64,000 nt of DNA from an uncultured virus (IMG/VR IMGVR_UViG_3300029305_005254) (lineage: Duplodnaviria > Heunggongvirae > Uroviricota > Caudoviricetes). The notes beneath the pieces were generated by a model. It did no database searches and had not been told where the DNA came from. It saw nothing but the letters and a program-made list of their open reading frames with translations. Made by a program: the position numbers and the translations under genes. The DNA is taken from the IMG/VR virus record IMGVR_UViG_3300029305_005254; one strand, given 5' to 3'. Below, piece by piece: positions 1 to 8,701 of the stretch. Each line of letters starts with the position of its first letter. Within the stretch, counting starts at the first letter, position 1.

Positions 1-38
1 CTTGTTTTCCTTGAAATATATTTTTTTTTTTATTTTAA

Positions 39-72
39 TGTAGTGTTGCTAGAAATTTCTAGCAACATTACA
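39..72. repeat. Palindrome/hairpin overlapping the stop codon of the Nop-domain gene
   Basis: Perfect 24-bp palindrome TGTTGCTAGAAATTTCTAGCAACA at 44-67, extendable to 39-72 with one mismatch. Confidence 0.9.
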
Positions 73-1257
73 CTGATACTGGTTGTATTTATGAGGTTTT
101 TGACCTAGCTTAGCAACCTCATAAGGTTCGTCAACCTCTAAACCTTCAAGCTGTCTCCAAGTAGTCCAAAGATTTCTTAAAAATTGCTTTATCATATATC
201 TTTGAGCCATCATATTCTTTTTACCATCAGGATAATTTTTCTTAAATTTATCGTTATCCATTCTTACCCTATAGTCGTAATAAATTGTTGAATATGTAGG
301 GTCTTTAGCTTTTAAAAGGCAACCTGTAAGTACACCCATTAACTTAGTTTTGATAATAGGATTATATGTAATACCTCTTTTAAGTTTTACTTTTCCGTCT
401 TTATCTGTGTACTCAAACATTTCAGTATCTGCCATTCTTCTGCCATGTAAAGATGCTACAACATCACCTACATAATCTTCCCCTGACTCAATATCTTCAT
501 AAACAAAAGAACCATTTTTAACAACCATCTCTAAATTGAGATACTCACCTGTACTACTAGTTATAACTTCCTCACCATTAGCATCAAACTCACCCGTCTT
601 TATTACCTTTCCTCTATAGATACTACCGTCAACTTTATAGGTATAAACATATTTCTGACGAACTTTTTTTCCGGTCTCTTTTGCAATAAAGAGCTTATTA
701 CCCTCCTTGTCTTCATCTTGTACAGTATCTAAACCACAATATCTGTAAAAAGATGAAACATGACGAGCCTTATATGGGTTAAGATAAGCAATACATACTG
801 CTGACATAAGAGTCCCACAACCCTTAATATCTGCAAAAAACTTATCCCATAATGGATGCTCTTTAACATATTTATCTAGAACCTTGGTGGACTCTTCTTC
901 ACTCTCTAATAAAAGCATATAAGAATGAATAAGACGATAATCAATCTCATTCCTTACAATATTAAGCTTATTATCACTACCTTCATCACTATACATCTTA
1001 ATTATAGACTTTATGGTCTTACCTTTTTCTACTACCATATCAGTGATACGCTTATAATCTTCCTTAAGAAGATTAATCATATTTTTCTCAGCTTTATCCA
1101 TATCGTCTGGACTCTCACCTGAGGCAACCCCTAACTGTTGGTAAAAACTTTGTACCAATCTATTACCTGCTGCCACCCTTAATTTCTGTAAATCGTAAAG
1201 ATTTGATACTAAAACTCTAATATTCTCTTTCTGAGAATCTTTTCTTATATTCTCCAT
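49..1257 (-). CDS. IS110/Nop-domain protein lacking RuvC (TasA-like, putative RNA-guided DNA-binding protein)
   Basis: N-terminal coiled-coil (YDLQKLRVAAGNRL); IKGCGTLMSAVCIAYL..SSFYRYCGL, YNPIIKTKL and AQRYMIKQFLRNLW resemble the IS116/IS110/IS902-Nop RNA-binding domain; no DEDD RuvC domain. Confidence 0.7.
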   Translation of the reverse strand: MENIRKDSQKENIRVLVSNLYDLQKLRVAAGNRLVQSFYQQLGVASGESPDDMDKAEKNMINLLKEDYKRITDMVVEKGKTIKSIIKMYSDEGSDNKLNIVRNEIDYRLIHSYMLLLESEEESTKVLDKYVKEHPLWDKFFADIKGCGTLMSAVCIAYLNPYKARHVSSFYRYCGLDTVQDEDKEGNKLFIAKETGKKVRQKYVYTYKVDGSIYRGKVIKTGEFDANGEEVITSSTGEYLNLEMVVKNGSFVYEDIESGEDYVGDVVASLHGRRMADTEMFEYTDKDGKVKLKRGITYNPIIKTKLMGVLTGCLLKAKDPTYSTIYYDYRVRMDNDKFKKNYPDGKKNMMAQRYMIKQFLRNLWTTWRQLEGLEVDEPYEVAKLGQKPHKYNQYQCNVARNF

Positions 1258-1272
1258 AGTAATCCTCCTATA

Positions 1273-1611
1273 CTAAGCTGGTATAATATCAGTAGTCTCA
1301 ATCACTATTGTGTGATTAGTGTCTACGGCTCTATCTACATAATTACATACTGATGCTCTTAATCTACTTTGATTGATTAAAAGCTGTATTGTATCTGATG
1401 TAGAAGATTGTAAATCATCTACCCTGATTGCTAAATCTTTTACACTTATAGTATTTAACTTGTGCCTACTACCTTCTACATTAGTTCTGCAAAAACCACT
1501 TTTTGTTTTAATATAAGATTCTATTATTCCATCATTCCATATATTTACAAAATGGTATAATTGAGTACTGTTTAAAGCATTTCTTATCTCAAAATACATA
1601 CTCTTAGACAT
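1273..1611 (-). CDS. hypothetical protein
   Basis: ORF with GGAGG RBS, same strand as neighbours. Confidence 0.75.
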   Translation of the reverse strand: MSKSMYFEIRNALNSTQLYHFVNIWNDGIIESYIKTKSGFCRTNVEGSRHKLNTISVKDLAIRVDDLQSSTSDTIQLLINQSRLRASVCNYVDRAVDTNHTIVIETTDIIPA

Positions 1612-1623
1612 AATAACCTCCTA

Positions 1624-1812
1624 TTAAAACAAACTTAATACTACAAACATTAGTATTGTACCTACAAAGAATATTGATATACCACTCAACTGCATAATTA
1701 AAGACTTTTTCTCTAAACTCTCAGCTAAAGCCAAGATATCGTCATCAGACATAGTATCTAATTCCTTTAAACATTTCCATCTTTTATCTTTATCTTTCTT
1801 CTTAAGCAACAT
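1624..1812 (-). CDS. small membrane protein
   Basis: C-terminal hydrophobic helix (LSGISIFFVGTILMFVVLSLF). Confidence 0.7.
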   Translation of the reverse strand: MLLKKKDKDKRWKCLKELDTMSDDDILALAESLEKKSLIMQLSGISIFFVGTILMFVVLSLF

Positions 1813-1862
1813 AGCATATCACCATCCTTTATAGGTATTATACCATAATTAACACTCAAATA

Positions 1863-4800
1863 CTACTCCTCTGTAGCTAAAAAGCTTAACATATCTAAAG
1901 TGACTAACTCACTCGCATGCTTTCTACCTTTATTGATTGGAGACTCCTCTCCTTTAACACATCCTATACAAGCAACTACTTCCTGGCTTCTAGTTATCAT
2001 AGTATTAAGCATATTTCTATTTATGAAATACTCATTACAATCACTACTTAAAGGTAACATAATTACCTTACCCTGACTTCCTTGCATTTTATGCGTTGTT
2101 AATGCATAGGCTAGTTCAAGATTCTGTATATCTTCTCCACCAAACAACTTTAAGTCGTCCTGCTGATAACATCTTGCTGGGTATAAAACAATAACATCTC
2201 TCTTTAAGTCTGTGTCATACACCTTAACCTTAGCAAAGTAATAATTAGGGTTTTTAAAGGCTGAGTCGTCTCTTATCTTATCTTCTTTTTCGTTTCTGGT
2301 GTTAAGTAGCTTAGCCTTATCTTCGCTACTTAAGTTGCCATAAAGTCCTTCCTCTACCTCTAAATCATCTTCATTAAAATCTTCAAATCTTGCATATTCG
2401 CTACTAACTATTCCAACTAACTTACCAACCTCTCCGTTAACTATACCCAAAGTTACTACTGATTTAAATATGTTGTTTTCAACCTCAACATATCTTTGAG
2501 TACCATAAGAATTAAGCCTTACGTGGATAACTCTATCGTTCTTATAGAAATCCATATCACCTACTCTAAATAAAAGCTTGTCATTTCTTCTTAAGAACTT
2601 CTGTATATGAGGATTTAAAGATGTAGAGGATGATTTCTTTTCTGGTGTTGCATAACCTGATATAATCTGTATATCGTCTTCCTCGTACTGCTTACCATTC
2701 ATCTCACCGCTCATAAACTTTTTCCAAGCATTTGTAGTCTGTAAAGGTATCTCAGCATCTCTACATTCTAAACAAAAGAAAGAACTATCATCATAGGCTA
2801 ACTCTTGAACAATACCATCGCTCATACAGTTAATTAAGGTGGTGTTATAGTTAACTAAACTACCTTCTGCTGCTCTTTTACTAACTCCTAATTCAACACA
2901 AGGTAATATCTTCATAAGTAAGTAGAATGGATTACCCCTGCCTATTGGTGGTAACTGCTTACAATCTCCTAAAAAGTAAATCATATCTTCCTTACCCAAT
3001 GAACGCACTACTTCATATAATAAATCAGTATTACACATAGCCATTTCATCTAGTAGGTATATATTTTTACTTGGGTTTGAATAATCTTCATATTTCTTCT
3101 TTATAGTAGTAAGATAACCCTCTCCTGAAAGGCTTACACCAAATTGACTGTGCAATGTTTTTACTGTTCCTCCAACAACCTCAGCTAATCTTCTACAAGC
3201 TTTACCTGTTGGAGTACCATATATTATATTATATCCTGACATATACTTTTGTAAACACATAGTAATACAATCACTTGTAGTAGTCTTACCACTTCCTGCA
3301 CAACCACTTAATACTGCTGCTTTAAATTTACAAAGCTTTATTCCTTCTCTTTGTAAGGATTCAAGCTTAAAGCCTCTACTCTCCTCAAACTCTTCAATAA
3401 CTTGACTAATCTGTTCATCTGTTATGCCTGTTGACTCGTGACCTTTATTTATAAGTATTTCATACATTAAAGTCTCTTTCTCATAATCACGCTCAAGTAC
3501 CAAATAAGAACCTTTATCACTATCAATACTATTAAGAACACCCTTATCGATAAGAGAATCTACTCTCTCAGTAGTGTACCATTTCATATTTTCAAGGAAA
3601 TTTACCTCTTCTCCTGAAAGACATACACTACTTCTACATACTGTAGAAAGTAACTCGATAACATCTTGCTTAGCTGGAAAACCATTCTGCTCTAAAAATC
3701 TAATAGCTCTCTGAGGGTATGCTGGCTTACTAACTGAAAAGCTGCTTCTTTCTACAAAAGAGTTTTTATCATCATATTCCTCAACACTCTTTAAGAAAAG
3801 CATATCTTTTCTAGTCTCGCCACACAACTCAGTGTGTTCGCCTTTTGTGAAAAATCTTGTATAACTAAAGTAAATCTTATCGCAATCTACAACTGATAGA
3901 GATGAACCCATTATACCCACTGCATAAGGCATATTTAACAATGCATATACCCATCCCATAAAACTTATATCACTTACTCTACTACAAGCATAATAATTAG
4001 ACTCTAAACTATCTATGCTTATTCCTGTTGTAATAGATACTATTACAACAAATAAATTATATTTATCGAATAACATAGGTGCATGTATCCCTTCTACTGG
4101 ATACTTCAACTCGCTAGGACTTACCTGTATTATACTTTGTAAAGTTTCTGCTGATTTAGCAATATCACTTGCACTAGGCATTTTAAATTCTTCATCTGCA
4201 TCAAAAGGTCTAGTTCCTGTTACCTTCTTAACGAACTCATCAGCATAAACTCTACCTTTTACGTTAGATCTACCTATGTTTCTATTATAAGCACCTAACA
4301 CATTGTCTATAAAGGAATCTCTTATATTTGTTAAAGACTCAACATAATCCTTTAAGTATTTTGTAGAGGATTTAGATACCAAAGAGAATAAGTCTTTTGC
4401 AAATCGCTTTCTATTCTCCTTCATACCTTCGATATCTTCCTTTACTGCATCGAGATATGGGGATGTTTCTTGACCTTCTAGGTGGAATGTAAGATTTAAA
4501 TCAATCTTAGTTACATCTACCCTTTCATTGCTATCTATAAAGGAACTATTTTTCTTTTTACTGTTATTCGTAGTTGTGAAATCTAATTCTTCATAATCAT
4601 TTACCCCATTGAACTCCATAATGGAATCTAATGTAATAGGGTATTCAACAACCTCATCAGAACGCAACTTAACTACAAAGTCCTCTAATGGGGTCATATG
4701 TACATCCTCATCGTGTTCACCTAACTTAATAATGTAATTAGGCACAACTTTATAGTTGTTTCCTACTCTTTGGAAAGCTAAAGCTGTTATACCATCATAA

Positions 4801-5147
4801 GGAGTTTTATGAGCATATTGCTGTCTTACCTTTACACCATATCTAGCATAATTTCCTGATACCTTGACAACTTCCCCAACCCAACTGTGGTCTTTTATAA
4901 ATATAACCATACTTCCTTTTGTGAAATATATTCTATTTACGTTATTGCCAAAATAATCCACATCTAGACATTTAACTGCAAACACATCTAAAATGGCAAA
5001 GTCACCCTCTTCAGATACTTCAACCTTACTTCCAATTATGTCTGGTCTCTTTATAGCACATCTTACTTTACCATATAAAAGTAAACTATCTAAAAAACCA
5101 TTTGCACCTTGACGGCTTAAAGCCTCTAGAATATTTGCTTCTGCCAT
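1863..5147 (-). CDS. RecD2/TraA-like SF1B helicase with long N-terminal extension
   Basis: Walker A GCAGSGKTT, TPTGKAC, LLDEMAM, GDCKQLPPIG, LAYALTTHKMQGSQ, TMITRS. Confidence 0.9.
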   Translation of the reverse strand: MAEANILEALSRQGANGFLDSLLLYGKVRCAIKRPDIIGSKVEVSEEGDFAILDVFAVKCLDVDYFGNNVNRIYFTKGSMVIFIKDHSWVGEVVKVSGNYARYGVKVRQQYAHKTPYDGITALAFQRVGNNYKVVPNYIIKLGEHDEDVHMTPLEDFVVKLRSDEVVEYPITLDSIMEFNGVNDYEELDFTTTNNSKKKNSSFIDSNERVDVTKIDLNLTFHLEGQETSPYLDAVKEDIEGMKENRKRFAKDLFSLVSKSSTKYLKDYVESLTNIRDSFIDNVLGAYNRNIGRSNVKGRVYADEFVKKVTGTRPFDADEEFKMPSASDIAKSAETLQSIIQVSPSELKYPVEGIHAPMLFDKYNLFVVIVSITTGISIDSLESNYYACSRVSDISFMGWVYALLNMPYAVGIMGSSLSVVDCDKIYFSYTRFFTKGEHTELCGETRKDMLFLKSVEEYDDKNSFVERSSFSVSKPAYPQRAIRFLEQNGFPAKQDVIELLSTVCRSSVCLSGEEVNFLENMKWYTTERVDSLIDKGVLNSIDSDKGSYLVLERDYEKETLMYEILINKGHESTGITDEQISQVIEEFEESRGFKLESLQREGIKLCKFKAAVLSGCAGSGKTTTSDCITMCLQKYMSGYNIIYGTPTGKACRRLAEVVGGTVKTLHSQFGVSLSGEGYLTTIKKKYEDYSNPSKNIYLLDEMAMCNTDLLYEVVRSLGKEDMIYFLGDCKQLPPIGRGNPFYLLMKILPCVELGVSKRAAEGSLVNYNTTLINCMSDGIVQELAYDDSSFFCLECRDAEIPLQTTNAWKKFMSGEMNGKQYEEDDIQIISGYATPEKKSSSTSLNPHIQKFLRRNDKLLFRVGDMDFYKNDRVIHVRLNSYGTQRYVEVENNIFKSVVTLGIVNGEVGKLVGIVSSEYARFEDFNEDDLEVEEGLYGNLSSEDKAKLLNTRNEKEDKIRDDSAFKNPNYYFAKVKVYDTDLKRDVIVLYPARCYQQDDLKLFGGEDIQNLELAYALTTHKMQGSQGKVIMLPLSSDCNEYFINRNMLNTMITRSQEVVACIGCVKGEESPINKGRKHASELVTLDMLSFLATEE

Positions 5148-5174
5148 TTCTTCATCTCCTTGTTCTCTAAAATT

Positions 5175-5210
5175 AAACTCCCTCTAATTGCTTAAAGGGA
5201 GTTTCTTTTT
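5175..5210. terminator. intrinsic terminator-like hairpin, possibly bidirectional
   Basis: AAACTCCCT (5175-5183) / AGGGAGTTT (5196-5204) with A/T tracts on both sides. Confidence 0.6.
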
Positions 5211-5235
5211 TCGTACTACCACTAAAACTTATATA

Positions 5236-6165
5236 CTAAATAAGTTTTAAATCATCAAATCTTAACTGACCTATTGGAGTAGTCTCAATATCCTGGTCTA
5301 ACAATGTAAGCATAGACTCTAATAAATCTAACTGATGTATCAAGTATGCTGTAATAGTTCTTGGTCTCTCGCCATATTCACCGTGATGTTGTGAAATAAT
5401 AGATAATAGGGTGTTAAAATATTCTTCTCCCTTTAATCCGATAATCTCTTGTTTATGTTTCTCTAGCATAATACAACCAATAGTATTATGGGATAAATAC
5501 ATACCCATCTCTGAAATTACACCATCTGAATACTCTGCAATCTTACCCAAGTCATGTAAAGCTGCACCCACATATAATATATCCTTACTCACCCTTGAAG
5601 ATATGTTAGAATACATACTTAACACATTACAAAGAGAAACAACCTTAGTTGTATGAGCTAACAAACCACCCTTGCAGTTATCGTGATAGTGAATAGCTGC
5701 AAATTCTCTCTTAAAAGCATCCTCATACTCACTTATACAAAGCATAAATACTTTCATAGCATCTACAGAAATATGTTTTTCCATTACCTTAAGCAACTTG
5801 TCCCAATATGCTGATATATTGTATTTGTTTGCAAAGAAGTCACTTTTCTGTATCTTATGGTGCTCTAACTCTTCCTCAGATAAAACTGCAATATGAGTTA
5901 AAATTAGAGACTTAGTACCATTGTACTCATTAACCTCTGCATCAACTGCACAAACCTTTCCTGACATATCCTCATTAGCCATCTTATCATAACATAAGCC
6001 ACTCCAAACCTTAAAAGATACATCACCACAAGCCTGTAAACTACCTGCAAAATAAGAACCACCATTCTTAGTTGGTGCTGCACTATAATTCTGGATAACA
6101 ACTAGACCTGATATTCTAGTCCCATCCTTTTCCTTTAGGAATTCATTTTTGTCTAAAATCTGCAT
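5236..6165 (-). CDS. YhaM/Cbf1-family 3'-5' exonuclease (OB fold + HD domain)
   Basis: TKNGGSYF OB-like start; AAIHYHD..GGLLAHT, ALHDLGK, SQHHGEYG, HQLD. Confidence 0.88.
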   Translation of the reverse strand: MQILDKNEFLKEKDGTRISGLVVIQNYSAAPTKNGGSYFAGSLQACGDVSFKVWSGLCYDKMANEDMSGKVCAVDAEVNEYNGTKSLILTHIAVLSEEELEHHKIQKSDFFANKYNISAYWDKLLKVMEKHISVDAMKVFMLCISEYEDAFKREFAAIHYHDNCKGGLLAHTTKVVSLCNVLSMYSNISSRVSKDILYVGAALHDLGKIAEYSDGVISEMGMYLSHNTIGCIMLEKHKQEIIGLKGEEYFNTLLSIISQHHGEYGERPRTITAYLIHQLDLLESMLTLLDQDIETTPIGQLRFDDLKLI

Positions 6166-7308
6166 TTAAATACCCTCCTTTAATTTTCTAAAATAAGCAT
6201 GCATTTTATCTGAAAACTCCTTTGGCTCTAATCCTTCTAATTTATTCCTTCTCATATAAGATCTTACACTATTTATTTTAGATGTGGTGATTGGTATATT
6301 GTAAGACTCACACATATAACATATAACATCCTTATAAGTATGAAATAAAGTATCATCTAACCACACATCTTTATACTTTGAAGATACTCCTGCATTTTCT
6401 TTTACTTTTCTAAACTTTTGCCAAGTTGCTACTTTATTTATAAAAGAAATATACCTATCATTATAATTTAGATATATAGCTTTTTTCAACCACTTATCTA
6501 AAGTTATTAATGATAATTCAAAACCCAACACCTTACTTGTATATACCTGTAATTCTGCAAGAGAACGGATTGCAATACCATTTATTTCTATTATTCTTTC
6601 ATCCATAGAGATAACATTGCTTAAACCATCTACATACTCCCAAAATTCTTTGCAGTCACCATAATTTTTATAAGAATTCTTGACAACCTTACTAAATATC
6701 TGATAATTATAACTAGATATGTCTGTACCACCTAAAGTGTAATATAAATCCTCTAAAGCATATAACTTAGATTTGTAATTCACAAAATCTCTAGCATTCT
6801 CACTAACTGAAATACCTTCAATGGATGATAGAAATTCATCTGAAACAGTACCTTTATAAATATTTTCTTCTAGGTTTCTTTTAGATACATTTTCAGAGTT
6901 TTTTAAAGCATCCTCCATTCTCAATATTTCTAATTGAGTATTTATTGCTATATACTGTTCATATTCTTCTAAAGGTACAACTGTATTCCAAATCTTTAAA
7001 ATTCTACTTTTAGATAAACCTAACAAACTTAAATAATTTTTAAACTCACCAAAAGTATTGAAAGTTAAACCATTATAGACAATATAACCTGATAGAGGTT
7101 TCTCTTGTACTTTATCAATACGTCCCTTATTGCTTAACCCTAAATTAGTTCTTATATAAGTCTCTACATCTTCTTTTGGCAATATACCACATTCAATCGT
7201 AGAAACCACTCGTTTAAAAAATTCTACCTTAAAATTAGGATATACCCAATTTAAATACTTTCTTAATTCTTTTGAATTTCCAAAACTATTTCCGTCTAAA
7301 TAGAACAT
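6166..7308 (-). CDS. hypothetical protein with ~5 repeated NUMOD1/HTH-like modules
   Basis: Recurring motif: YLDGNSFGNSKEL, VYNGLTFNTFGEF, EINGIAIRSLAEL, WLDDTLFHTYKDV. Confidence 0.55.
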   Translation of the reverse strand: MFYLDGNSFGNSKELRKYLNWVYPNFKVEFFKRVVSTIECGILPKEDVETYIRTNLGLSNKGRIDKVQEKPLSGYIVYNGLTFNTFGEFKNYLSLLGLSKSRILKIWNTVVPLEEYEQYIAINTQLEILRMEDALKNSENVSKRNLEENIYKGTVSDEFLSSIEGISVSENARDFVNYKSKLYALEDLYYTLGGTDISSYNYQIFSKVVKNSYKNYGDCKEFWEYVDGLSNVISMDERIIEINGIAIRSLAELQVYTSKVLGFELSLITLDKWLKKAIYLNYNDRYISFINKVATWQKFRKVKENAGVSSKYKDVWLDDTLFHTYKDVICYMCESYNIPITTSKINSVRSYMRRNKLEGLEPKEFSDKMHAYFRKLKEGI

Positions 7309-7325
7309 ACTAACCCTCCTCTGTC

Positions 7326-7556
7326 TTAAGGAATATTTATTAAACCCTTCATTCTTAAAACTATATTTTCAAATTTAACCAAAACATAAGGTTCTGGGTA
7401 TGTGTTAGAATACACATTCCATGAAGATACTATACAATCTCCGTACAACTCACAAACTGCATAAGTAGATGATAATTCTTTAACTTTGTTATCTATAATT
7501 ACTTCATATGAAGTAACATCTGTCATAAAAACTTCCAAAAAATCTTTTACCTTCAT
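7326..7556 (-). CDS. hypothetical protein
   Basis: ORF in operon orientation. Confidence 0.7.
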   Translation of the reverse strand: MKVKDFLEVFMTDVTSYEVIIDNKVKELSSTYAVCELYGDCIVSSWNVYSNTYPEPYVLVKFENIVLRMKGLINIP

Positions 7557-7566
7557 ATATAACCCC

Positions 7567-7788
7567 CTAATCTTCTTTTAGAAAACCTTCTTCATACTCT
7601 ATATAAGCCTCAGAGTTAGAAAGCTTAGATAACTCACTCTCTACCCAATATGGACAATTTGGTTCATCCCCAATAAAATGCTTTTCTAAAGACTCTTCGT
7701 CAATCTCAGCACAGTCACAATCTGCACAACCCACAGTATTATCTTCAAAATAAAACTTGCAAGTATTACAACATCCTCTATATTTCAT
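7567..7788 (-). CDS. small Cys-rich protein
   Basis: CCNTC, CADCDC, CPYW; GGAGG RBS. Confidence 0.7.
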   Translation of the reverse strand: MKYRGCCNTCKFYFEDNTVGCADCDCAEIDEESLEKHFIGDEPNCPYWVESELSKLSNSEAYIEYEEGFLKED

Positions 7789-7799
7789 ACTAAACCCTC

Positions 7800-8003
7800 C
7801 TATAACTCACTTACCCTACATTCTATTTCGTCTATTAGAACATCAGGTGTACACATCCAAATTAATAATGCTACCTCGTGAACTGAGCCACCACTCTCTG
7901 CAAAGTTTAACATCTTTTCATACTGACTACAAGTTCCACTTGTAAACCAATCATTCTGTATACATAAATTTACTAATTTTACTCTTATATCCGAATTTCC
8001 CAT
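7800..8003 (-). CDS. hypothetical protein
   Basis: ORF with GGAGG upstream. Confidence 0.75.
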   Translation of the reverse strand: MGNSDIRVKLVNLCIQNDWFTSGTCSQYEKMLNFAESGGSVHEVALLIWMCTPDVLIDEIECRVSEL

Positions 8004-8246
8004 ATATGTACAATACCTCCTATTAAACTACTATAATAAGTTTAGCATATATTATAATAACTTAATAGTCCTTCTCTTTACTAATTTATATTAATGTAAA
8101 TCTAACTTAAATCTTTTCTATTAATTTAATACCCTTACAGTAAAATATACTAAAATAAAACTACTAAAATCACACACTCCAAGCCTACCTCAACCAAAGA
8201 ATAATATAAAATTCTCAAAAATTTAATAAGACATTCTTACAATATT

Positions 8247-8282
8247 TTAGCCTAAAGTAAAAATACTCAAACTTTAGGCTAA
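8247..8282 (-). terminator. terminator-like hairpin after polymerase operon
   Basis: TTAGCCTAAAGT / ACTTTAGGCTAA 12-bp inverted repeat. Confidence 0.6.
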
Positions 8283-8314
8283 TTACTACTCTCAAAAATT
8301 AAGCTAAAAATCAA

Positions 8315-8689
8315 CTAAGCAACTGTACATAAAGTGTATAACATATCTCCTGTTAACTTGGTACTAGCATCAAAATAACCTTTTACCATATCAGCACCGA
8401 TTACCTCTAGAAAAGCATTTACCTGAACTCCATCTATCATACCTATCTTATAAAGTTCTCCATCCTTAACAAAATATATTGATATGTCTTTAGACGGCAT
8501 AGGTGATTTTACCATATTACTTATAACATTTAACTTATGTTTAGGACATTTAAAATCCTCGTTAAATACTATGCAAGGATAATCAAGGTTAGTATATGTG
8601 AAATCTGTAACATTTCCTGTTATACCCTTTATTTCTTTAGCTTGCAAATTATCTGCTTCTTCACCATAGAAACCAAAATCTTCGTTCAT
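8315..8689 (-). CDS. hypothetical protein resembling the C-terminal module of the adjacent polymerase
   Basis: SPMPSKDISIYFVKDGELYKIG vs ESMPGDIPVYAIKNGEEYSTG. Confidence 0.7.
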   Translation of the reverse strand: MNEDFGFYGEEADNLQAKEIKGITGNVTDFTYTNLDYPCIVFNEDFKCPKHKLNVISNMVKSPMPSKDISIYFVKDGELYKIGMIDGVQVNAFLEVIGADMVKGYFDASTKLTGDMLYTLCTVA

Positions 8690-8701
8690 AAGTGCCTCCT
8701 G

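Noticed and set aside
49..1257. Active IS110 insertion sequence
   Set aside because: No RuvC DEDD domain or catalytic Ser loop, and only 15 bp separate it from the upstream gene
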